Assembly (NCBI GenBank): GCA_002424495.1
Contig: DIKH01000397.1
Location: 54,222-106,307, forward strand
Length of the DNA: 52,086 nt
Direction: 5' to 3'
Source: Desulfobacteraceae bacterium UBA5623
GTDB lineage: Bacteria > Desulfobacterota > DSM-4660 > Desulfatiglandales > Desulfatiglandaceae
Under the pieces are notes generated by a model. It did no database searches and was not told where the DNA came from. It worked only from the letters and a program-made list of their open reading frames with translations. Numbering within the stretch: the stretch's first letter is position 1; the number at the start of each line of letters is the position of its first letter. Below, piece by piece: positions 44,857 through 52,086 of the stretch. The position numbers were made by a program, and so were the translations under genes.

Positions 44857-46218
44857 ATGAGTGGAACAGACTACACAAAGCGCGTCCTTATTGTTGACGA
44901 TGAAGCTGTTGTCAGAAACGGCATAAGCAGGGCGCTCCAGAAAAGGGGGATGTTTACTGAACTGGCGTCCAGCGGCCGGGAGGCGCTTGATTTCCTTAAC
45001 GATCAGGCCTTTGATCTGGTGCTCCTGGATATCAGGATGCCGGATATGGACGGAATTGAGGTTCTTAAGAGAATACGCGCGGGACATCCTGAGACGGAAG
45101 TAATAATGATAACCGGATATCCGACCATAGACTCTGCTGTTCACAGTGTAAAGCTTGGCGCCCTGGATTATCTGGTTAAACCTTTTAGACTTGACGATCT
45201 CGAGGCTTCTTTAAATAAGACTGGAAGACAGCCCGCCGTTACCGATACATCCATGATAGACGAAATGGGGCTTAAGATTGATTCATCAAAAAACCTGATA
45301 ATCGGTCAGAGTCAACCCATGAAGGCCATATTCGAGAAAATCCTCAGGGTTGCCCCCACAGACAGCACAGTTCTTATTATGGGTGAAAGCGGTACCGGCA
45401 AGGAGCTGGTGGCCCGGGCAATCCATGTGCACAGCAATAGAAAGGACAACGAATTTCTTGCTATTGACTGTTCTTCCCTGGTGGAGACACTGCTTGAAAG
45501 TGAGCTTTTTGGTCACGTGAAAGGTTCATTCACAGGGGCCGCCCAGACAAAACATGGTTTTTTTGAACTGGCGAATCATGGCACCTTTTTCTTTGATGAG
45601 GTAGGAAACCTCAGCATGAATATCCAGGCAAAACTATTGAGGGTAATCCAGGAACGGGAATTTATGCGTGTGGGCGATCTCAAAAAAATCAAGCTCGACA
45701 TCAGAATCATTTCAGCGTCAAACAAAAGCCTTAAAGAGTCTGTCAAGGAGGGAGACTTCAGAGATGACCTTTACTACCGGCTGAGCGTTGTACCTCTTCA
45801 CATCCCCGCCCTCAGGGAAAGAAAGGATGATATACCGCTTCTGATTGATCATTTTCTGAAGAATTTCTGCAAAAGAATAAACAGACCTGTTCCTGAAATA
45901 AAACCGGATGCACTGGAGATATTACAGGAATATTCATGGCCCGGCAATGTAAGGGAGCTTGAGCATACAATGGAGAGGGTGCTCATTCTTGAAGACACAG
46001 ATGTAATAACCGCAAGAGATCTGCCTTCTTTCATATCACAGAGGCAGGGAGAATTTCAGATGTTTTCCGAAGAGCCTTCAACCCTTGAAGAATTGGAAAA
46101 GAAATATATACGTTTTGTCCTGCGCAGGACACAGGGAAAAAAGACCATGGCGGCTGAGATTCTTGGAATTAATCGCAAGACATTGGGGATGAAGATAAAG
46201 AAGTACGGGCTGAATTGA
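44857..46218 (+). CDS. Sigma-54-dependent response regulator (NtrC family)
   Basis: The receiver reads VLLDIRMPDMDG. The AAA+ motifs are GESGTGKE and ELFGHVKGSFTGA. A C-terminal HTH is present. Confidence 0.9.
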   Translation: MSGTDYTKRVLIVDDEAVVRNGISRALQKRGMFTELASSGREALDFLNDQAFDLVLLDIRMPDMDGIEVLKRIRAGHPETEVIMITGYPTIDSAVHSVKLGALDYLVKPFRLDDLEASLNKTGRQPAVTDTSMIDEMGLKIDSSKNLIIGQSQPMKAIFEKILRVAPTDSTVLIMGESGTGKELVARAIHVHSNRKDNEFLAIDCSSLVETLLESELFGHVKGSFTGAAQTKHGFFELANHGTFFFDEVGNLSMNIQAKLLRVIQEREFMRVGDLKKIKLDIRIISASNKSLKESVKEGDFRDDLYYRLSVVPLHIPALRERKDDIPLLIDHFLKNFCKRINRPVPEIKPDALEILQEYSWPGNVRELEHTMERVLILEDTDVITARDLPSFISQRQGEFQMFSEEPSTLEELEKKYIRFVLRRTQGKKTMAAEILGINRKTLGMKIKKYGLN

Positions 46219-46253
46219 GGTTCGATCATTGAACCTGTGATTGGATATTCTAC

Positions 46254-46601
46254 TTGTTAATGATGAATAAAAATGCATTAAAATATTTAATAAACGCTGT
46301 TCTTTTTATAGATATATGTTCAATTGCCGTGATTGGCCTATTGCTGGGTTTTGTAATACCAAAAGGAGGCCGTGCTTCAAATTATTTCCTTGGGCTCCAT
46401 AGACATGAGTGGATAGATATTCATCTCTTTCTTTCAATTCTTCTGTTAGCGCTCTTGATTTTTCATCTTTGGTTTAACTGGGCATGGATTATTCAAACCA
46501 CGAAGAGATATTTTGGGGATAGATGGAAAAATGCCCTGTGGTGTATCTCTGGGGCATGGATATTAGTACTTATTGTCGGATGGATTGCGACGAAATTATA
46601 A
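46254..46601 (+). CDS. Small integral membrane protein (DUF4405-like)
   Basis: 115 aa with 3-4 hydrophobic helices and conserved His/Trp spacing (HRHEWIDIH...HLWFNW). Confidence 0.5.
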   Translation: MLMMNKNALKYLINAVLFIDICSIAVIGLLLGFVIPKGGRASNYFLGLHRHEWIDIHLFLSILLLALLIFHLWFNWAWIIQTTKRYFGDRWKNALWCISGAWILVLIVGWIATKL

Positions 46602-46839
46602 GGGGCTGAGTCGCGCAGACCCAATTGCCTTCACCACACGCCACTCAATGTCATCAACTTAAGGGCTGTTCACCTCAGATGTGCAGAAAATGCAGAGTTT
46701 TTTGTTTCTTCCAGCGAATACCGCCTTAGCGGAATTGGCTGAAAACACCAGGCCTGTCGGCGTTAAAAATTTAGCACGTTCGCAGCGTTGCTGCTGATTA
46801 TCCATTCATTGCCGGTAGCTACCGGGTTGGTTAATACCC

Positions 46840-48321
46840 TTGCAAAAAAATTTTGAATTGTCAGAGATCGCGGATGTCCTTCACCATCTGAATTACCGAT
46901 GGACCTTAAACGCACTTGCCCTCTGGAAGGGGGAAAGGACGCCTATTGAGACCTATCGGATTTACGAGGGTTATGAAAATTTTTTAAGTCCAGGAACGCT
47001 GGCAAGCATTGATTCCCTTCAAAACGATGTGGAACGAAATCGCCTCAGACATTCCTTTATTGACCATTGGCTGCAGAAGGCTGTTTTGCCCAATGAGGCA
47101 GAAATGCGAACCTGGATGAAAGGTGCTGCCGCTTCCGTTAATGGGGTAAAGATCTACTTTCGAGATATTATTCCCTGGTGCCAAAAATTCAGCACGTATG
47201 AAACCCGGAAAATCCTTCAGGAAGAAATTCGTGCGCTCTGCAAGTTCCTGAAACCATTTGCCCTCAACTATTGGAACATGGTTCTCGAAGTATTAAAGGA
47301 GGATTTTGGATTTCAAAATTATCCGGATTACTGTCAGCGGAAAAAAAAGATTGATTACCCTAGATGTTACGACCTGGTCAAAGAAATCCTTGCAGATACG
47401 GAAACCATCTATTTTAATGCCATGGAGAAATGGTGTCACAGCAGATTTAACCGTCATCTGGATGAACTCAGCCGATTTGATGCCATTAATCTTTTGAGTC
47501 TGAGGCAGTTTGATTCATTATTCCCCAACGTGGGCATGGAAAGCGTCGCGGAATTTTTCCGCTGCTGGGATATAGACATTAAAAATCAGCCCGGACTTAA
47601 CCTGGAATTGGGGGAGGAAAATGAAAAAAGCGCCCAGGCTATCTGCGTTATATTGCAGACGCCGGAAGAAGTCTACATCCTAATGCGGCCACAGGGAGGC
47701 TTGAGCGATCTGGAGACTTTAATGCATGAACTGGGTCACGGTCTTTCAGCCGTGTTCACTTCTCCGGAACTATCCCTTATTGACCGTGAGATGGCAACCT
47801 CCTTTGCCCTGTCCGAATCATTTGCCTTTCTGGTGCAGGATCTGATGATGTCCAAGCCTTTTCTGCAAGACTTTCTGGGATTGACCTCGCAAGGATCAGA
47901 TGTTTTGTCCTTTCACAAAGCATTAAGGAATCTTTCATTGTTCAGGAGATACGGCGCAAAATTTATTTCCGAATATGACATGTTTTTAAACAATGACATA
48001 TCCGACGGAGTGCCCTATTCAACATTGATGCGCCGCTACACCGGTTTTTACTACCAACCGGAAGCGCATCTTTTTGATTTGGCCCCTGAGTTTTACAGCG
48101 TAGACTATATGTTGGGATGGATGGCCGGGGCCATGATGGAGGATTTTCTGCATTCCCGCCTGGGAGATTATTGGATGTTTCATCGGGACACCGGAGATAT
48201 CCTCAAAAACTGGTGGAAACAGGGCAATCAATATGACCTGCTTCAGTTTTTGGATCGCAATGAACTCGGATACCTGCGCCCAGACCTAATGGTGAAACGT
48301 TGGAGGACCTTTTTAACATAA
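46840..48321 (+). CDS. Putative zinc metallopeptidase (HExxH; oligoendopeptidase-F/M3-like)
   Basis: 493 aa with LMHELGHGL. TTG start as in the ORF track. The family assignment is tentative. Confidence 0.5.
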   Translation: MQKNFELSEIADVLHHLNYRWTLNALALWKGERTPIETYRIYEGYENFLSPGTLASIDSLQNDVERNRLRHSFIDHWLQKAVLPNEAEMRTWMKGAAASVNGVKIYFRDIIPWCQKFSTYETRKILQEEIRALCKFLKPFALNYWNMVLEVLKEDFGFQNYPDYCQRKKKIDYPRCYDLVKEILADTETIYFNAMEKWCHSRFNRHLDELSRFDAINLLSLRQFDSLFPNVGMESVAEFFRCWDIDIKNQPGLNLELGEENEKSAQAICVILQTPEEVYILMRPQGGLSDLETLMHELGHGLSAVFTSPELSLIDREMATSFALSESFAFLVQDLMMSKPFLQDFLGLTSQGSDVLSFHKALRNLSLFRRYGAKFISEYDMFLNNDISDGVPYSTLMRRYTGFYYQPEAHLFDLAPEFYSVDYMLGWMAGAMMEDFLHSRLGDYWMFHRDTGDILKNWWKQGNQYDLLQFLDRNELGYLRPDLMVKRWRTFLT

Positions 48322-48483
48322 GGCAGAAGGGCTTTGGCAAGTACCCTGGCATGGGATCACTAGCAACAATAGGTTTATTTGGGAAGTCATAAAAGGCCCT
48401 CTACCTGTTCAAGGTAAACCGCAAACAGTATCCGGCAGCGGCAATTCAGGCTGCGATTTCTTTCGGAAATTGAAGGTTATGAT

Positions 48484-49071
48484 TCAGCGATTGAGCTGCA
48501 ACTCCTTTGCCATATCGGGTTCCATCAGCCTGTTCTTTTCATCTTCCAAAAGCACTGTACAATAACGGCAGAGCTGATTCGATTTTCTATCCACATCATC
48601 TACAGAGCGGCAGTAATGCATGATACAGGTATGATCGGGACAATGTCTGAGCTTGAAGGTATGCCCCAGCTCGTGAATTGCCTCTTTTGCGATCCGAAAA
48701 TGGTATGACTCCGGTGTGATGGAACCTATTCCATCATTGAGCCTGTGTGTGGATATTATGCATGCTCTTCCACCCAACTGGGCCTCGCCGTAAACATAGG
48801 TAAGAATCGGGATAAAAAGATCTACATCCGTAATGGCAAGGAGCTTGATGGCATCCGGCGGGGCAAGGCTATCGAGTCTTTCCAGGATCTGGGTTGAATG
48901 ATACTGATCCCTGGAGGCATTGAGGGCAAAGTCTACGTCATCCAAAATAGGGGTCACATCGGTCTTAAAGCCGAATGCCCGAACTATTTCCTTTGCAATC
49001 GGTTTGATAACCGCTTTGTCAACATTCCCAACAGGAGAAATAACAATTTTATATTCGGGGTGGTTGGTCAA
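48484..49071 (-). CDS. Archaemetzincin-like zinc metalloprotease (peptidase M54)
   Basis: 195 aa. HELGHTFKLRHC-PDHT-C-I-M...C-RY-C matches the archaemetzincin signature HExxHxxxxxxC-X4-CxM-X16-17-CxxC. Confidence 0.7.
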   Translation of the reverse strand: MTNHPEYKIVISPVGNVDKAVIKPIAKEIVRAFGFKTDVTPILDDVDFALNASRDQYHSTQILERLDSLAPPDAIKLLAITDVDLFIPILTYVYGEAQLGGRACIISTHRLNDGIGSITPESYHFRIAKEAIHELGHTFKLRHCPDHTCIMHYCRSVDDVDRKSNQLCRYCTVLLEDEKNRLMEPDMAKELQLNR

Positions 49072-49073
49072 AA

Positions 49074-50414
49074 TTATTTCTGGATTTCAAATTGCCTGAT
49101 TTTTGTATACAGGGTTGAACGATTGATACCCAGGATTTTTGCCGTCCTTGCAATGTTCCAGTCATTCTCGTTGAGTATCTGGGTGATATGGATCTTTTCT
49201 ATTTCCCTGATGGATTTATCGGCAGGAGGGGAGGGGAGGGCTCCGGGATGGAATATCGGCAAGTTCTCTGCGGAAATGCTGCGTCCTTTTCCTACAACTA
49301 CGGCCCTTTCAATGGCGTTTTCAAGTTCCCTGACATTTCCCGGCCAGTCATAGAGCATCATTTCATCGAGGGCCACCCTGCTGATATGTTCAATGGGTTT
49401 GTTCGTCTCCTGAGAATAGCGTCGCAGGAAATGTTCAGCCAGCAGAGGGATGTCTTCTCTACGTTCACGCAACGGGGGCATCTTAAAGGATATAACATTT
49501 AAGCGGTAATAGAGGTCTTTTCTGAATATCCCCTCTGTTATAGCCTTTTCAAGGATTCTGTTGGTTGCGGCGATCACCCTGAAATCCGCTTCAATGGGCT
49601 GGGTTCCTCCGACACGGTAAAACACGCGGTCTTCAAGCACACGCAACAGATCAATCTGCATCCTCATGCCTATCTCGCCTATCTCATCCAGAAAAAGGGT
49701 GCCGCCATGCGCCAGTTCCAAACGGCCCTTCTTGGTCTCTTTCGCATCAGTAAATGCCCCTTTTTGATGGCCGAACAGCTCGCTTTCCATAAGGTGTTCC
49801 GGTATGGCCCCGCAGTTGACTATAACAAATGGTCCTTCAGAGCGTGGGCTGTTGGAATGGATGGCCTTTGCGGCCAGTCCCTTGCCGGTGCCGGTCTCTC
49901 CAGTTATCAGGACTGTGGAGTTCATCGGGGCCACGTCCCTGATGAGGTCAAATATATCCTGCATTGGTCTTGACTGTCCGATCATGCTCTCAAATCTGGT
50001 TCGTTCCCTGTACTGCTCCTTAAGATAAAGATTCTCTCTTGCCTGGGCCTGATTGTGGAGAATTTTTTCAATCAGCACGCCCAGTTCATTAGGGTCAAAG
50101 GGTTTTAGCAGATAATCCTGCGCGCCGTTTTTCATTGCCTCAATGGCAGTGGAGATGGAGCCATATGCGGTAATCATCACCACAGCCACCTCAGGATCAC
50201 TGTCTTTTACATGTTTTAGGACATCCAGACCACTTATTCCCTCCATCTTGATATCAACCAAAAGGATGTCGAAATGGGTGCCTTTTAGCTTTTCCATGGC
50301 CTCTTCACCGCTCGACGCTGTGTCTATGTCATGCCCGTCACGTTCGAGCCATCGGGCCAGTGATTCGCGCATGATAAGCTCATCATCTACAATCAAAATT
50401 TTTGTGCTACCCAT
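49074..50414 (-). CDS. Sigma-54-dependent response regulator (NtrC/AtoC family)
   Basis: The receiver reads ILLVDIKMEGISG. The AAA+ motifs are GETGTGKG and ELFGHQKGAFTDA. The C-terminal HTH reads IARTAKILGINRSTLYTKI. Confidence 0.9.
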   Translation of the reverse strand: MGSTKILIVDDELIMRESLARWLERDGHDIDTASSGEEAMEKLKGTHFDILLVDIKMEGISGLDVLKHVKDSDPEVAVVMITAYGSISTAIEAMKNGAQDYLLKPFDPNELGVLIEKILHNQAQARENLYLKEQYRERTRFESMIGQSRPMQDIFDLIRDVAPMNSTVLITGETGTGKGLAAKAIHSNSPRSEGPFVIVNCGAIPEHLMESELFGHQKGAFTDAKETKKGRLELAHGGTLFLDEIGEIGMRMQIDLLRVLEDRVFYRVGGTQPIEADFRVIAATNRILEKAITEGIFRKDLYYRLNVISFKMPPLRERREDIPLLAEHFLRRYSQETNKPIEHISRVALDEMMLYDWPGNVRELENAIERAVVVGKGRSISAENLPIFHPGALPSPPADKSIREIEKIHITQILNENDWNIARTAKILGINRSTLYTKIRQFEIQK

Positions 50415-51987
50415 TAATGTCTCCTTTACTGCCTAATGTATCAGACGATGGTTTAAGAGGGAGACTGATTTCAAACGTTGTGCCTTTGCCTTCCTTTGAA
50501 TTTACATATACAGAGCCACCGTGCTCCTTGATTATGCCATATGCGACGGAAAGACCAAGGCCGACACCCTTTCCCTTCTTCTTTGTAGTGAAAAATGGTT
50601 CAAAAAGTTTGGAAAAGTTTGCCTTTGGTATACCGGCGCCGGAATCCTTGAACCGGACCTTGATCTTTCTATCCGCTTCAGAGTAACTGGTCTCAAGCCT
50701 TAGGACACCGCCCTGCGTAGCGGCCAATGCCTCCGCGGCGTTTGACAGGAGATTCATGAATACCTGCTGAAGCTGGTCCTCTGATCCTACTATTTCGGGA
50801 AGATCAGGGCTTAATTTTTCATGGATCTTTACGCCGTTGATTTTGAGGAGGTTGGAATTCAACAGTAGTGTTTTTTCAATCAATCTGTTGATGTTCACAT
50901 CCTTCAACTCAAGTTTGGTCTGTCTGGAGAACACCAGAAGGTTTGAGACAATCCGGCTGATTCTTCTTGTTTCCGTCTCCATAAGGTCAAGGAACTGAGT
51001 TATCTGTTCAATCTGTTTTTGCCCTATGGAATCTTCCCTTATAATCCGTTTGATCAGCATGGTAAGGTTAAGTATGCCTGCGATCGGGTTGTTTATTTCG
51101 TGTACTACTGAGGCGGAGAGTTTCCCCAGGGATGCCATCTTGTCCTGATGAAGAAGTTTATCATGAGTTTCTTTCAGTTGCTGAGTCCGTTGCTCCACCA
51201 TCATTTCAAGACGACGGGTGATTTCTTCTTCTTCTCTCTTGCGTTCGGTAACATCCCTGCTTATCTCGATAAATTTTGAGATCTTCCCGTCTCTCTCCCA
51301 TATGGGAAAGATGGTCAGCTCCCCATATTGTATCTCGCCTTTGTGGTTAAGGCGTGTCAAAACAGCCTGATGTGGCTTCTTGTTCTGAACCACCTTTTCA
51401 AGCGGGCATACCATATGACAATTGCTGCTTTTTCTGGTGGCTCTTTGAAAGACCTCATAGCACTTGTGACCGGCCACATCCTCTCTCAAGTAATTCATCT
51501 GCTTCAGGAATGATGCATTTACGTCTACAATCTCTTTTTCAGGAGTGATCACCAGGATGAAATCCTGTATCCCGTCAAGAATCGTCTCCATTTCCTCATT
51601 GCGCTCTCTGAGCTTGCGCTCTTCAAGACGAATGGCCATCCAGAATAACTCGAAGGCCTCATATGACAGGACGCGGATATGTGGTGGTTTGGATTTCAGA
51701 ATGTCGGCCAGAACATCACGGTCGGGGGTAAGGATTATAATCAGGTTTATATCGTATATTGGGTTATAAAGCTCAAGATGGTTATCAAAGGTAAGCAACC
51801 CAAATTTCCTGCCAAGCACAATACCGGGGCTGTCCAAATCTGAATCAACCACAGCCTTGAAACGGGCCTTTAGGCCCTTCATCTCCTTCATGTACTCAGT
51901 GGATGTTTTTTCCAGGATTTCTATGCAGTAATCACCGCCGCCAACCAGGGCGATGTTTGTGAATGAAGGGGGCTTGGCAGGCATCAA
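50407..51987 (-). CDS. Cytoplasmic sensor histidine kinase (N-terminal Rossmann-like domain, PAS, HisKA, HATPase_c)
   Basis: The H-box is SASVVHEINNPI and the HATPase is DSGAGI...GVGLGLSVA. It overlaps the downstream regulator by 8 nt. Confidence 0.85.
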   Translation of the reverse strand: MMPAKPPSFTNIALVGGGDYCIEILEKTSTEYMKEMKGLKARFKAVVDSDLDSPGIVLGRKFGLLTFDNHLELYNPIYDINLIIILTPDRDVLADILKSKPPHIRVLSYEAFELFWMAIRLEERKLRERNEEMETILDGIQDFILVITPEKEIVDVNASFLKQMNYLREDVAGHKCYEVFQRATRKSSNCHMVCPLEKVVQNKKPHQAVLTRLNHKGEIQYGELTIFPIWERDGKISKFIEISRDVTERKREEEEITRRLEMMVEQRTQQLKETHDKLLHQDKMASLGKLSASVVHEINNPIAGILNLTMLIKRIIREDSIGQKQIEQITQFLDLMETETRRISRIVSNLLVFSRQTKLELKDVNINRLIEKTLLLNSNLLKINGVKIHEKLSPDLPEIVGSEDQLQQVFMNLLSNAAEALAATQGGVLRLETSYSEADRKIKVRFKDSGAGIPKANFSKLFEPFFTTKKKGKGVGLGLSVAYGIIKEHGGSVYVNSKEGKGTTFEISLPLKPSSDTLGSKGDING

Positions 51988-52086
51988 TGACTCCGTGGAA
52001 AAAGTGGGCTTAAGAGATTTTTAATGCGGAAATATTTTGGCCTTTATCAATCAGTCTTCAGTCTAACTAGTGCCCATCCAGAAATG

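Noticed and set aside
1-52086. I scanned intergenic regions for CRISPR arrays, rRNA or tRNA genes.
   Set aside because: No regularly spaced repeat-spacer arrays or cloverleaf-like or rRNA-like segments were seen. The only tandem repeats are the 4 x 11-bp array at 16421-16465 and the 2 x 10-bp palindromes at 31254-31275.

Overview
All calls below come from reading motifs by eye. No database, HMM or folding searches were run.

The window looks like a chromosomal segment from a strictly anaerobic, Desulfobacterales-like sulfate-reducer. That attribution is an inference from gene content.

**Layout**
- **1-8.0 kb:** ordinary redox and housekeeping genes. These are an aminopeptidase P fragment, an octaheme c-type cytochrome, a PAS/sigma-54 activator, a DUF255 thioredoxin-fold protein, a UMF1-type MFS transporter and a small hypothetical.
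- **8.4-10.5 kb:** two paralogous Cys-rich GcvH-fold proteins behind a sigma-54 promoter.
- **10.5-31.4 kb:** a defence island of about 20.9 kb with 12 genes, all on the minus strand.
  - It holds a complete type 1 BREX locus (brxA-brxB-brxC-pglX-pglZ-brxL) with two nested cargo modules.
  - QatABCD sits between brxC and pglX.
  - A translationally coupled pair of AlbA_2 (Schlafen-like)/HATPase_c_4 proteins sits between pglX and pglZ. To my knowledge this pair is not a named system, and it is my top candidate for something new.
  - The island is bracketed by an 81-bp perfect direct repeat (about 137 bp of homology) that duplicates the 3' end of the second GcvH-like gene. I recognised no integrase or transposase.
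- **31.8-40.8 kb:** an hdrA-mvhD-hdrA-mvhD-metV-metF cluster. All four hdrA/mvhD genes carry an in-frame TGA at a conserved Cys position, so they are probably selenoproteins. The ORF track splits each into two pieces.
- **41-52 kb:** two sigma-54 two-component modules, a small membrane protein, an HExxH peptidase and an archaemetzincin.

No rRNA, tRNA or CRISPR array was recognised.
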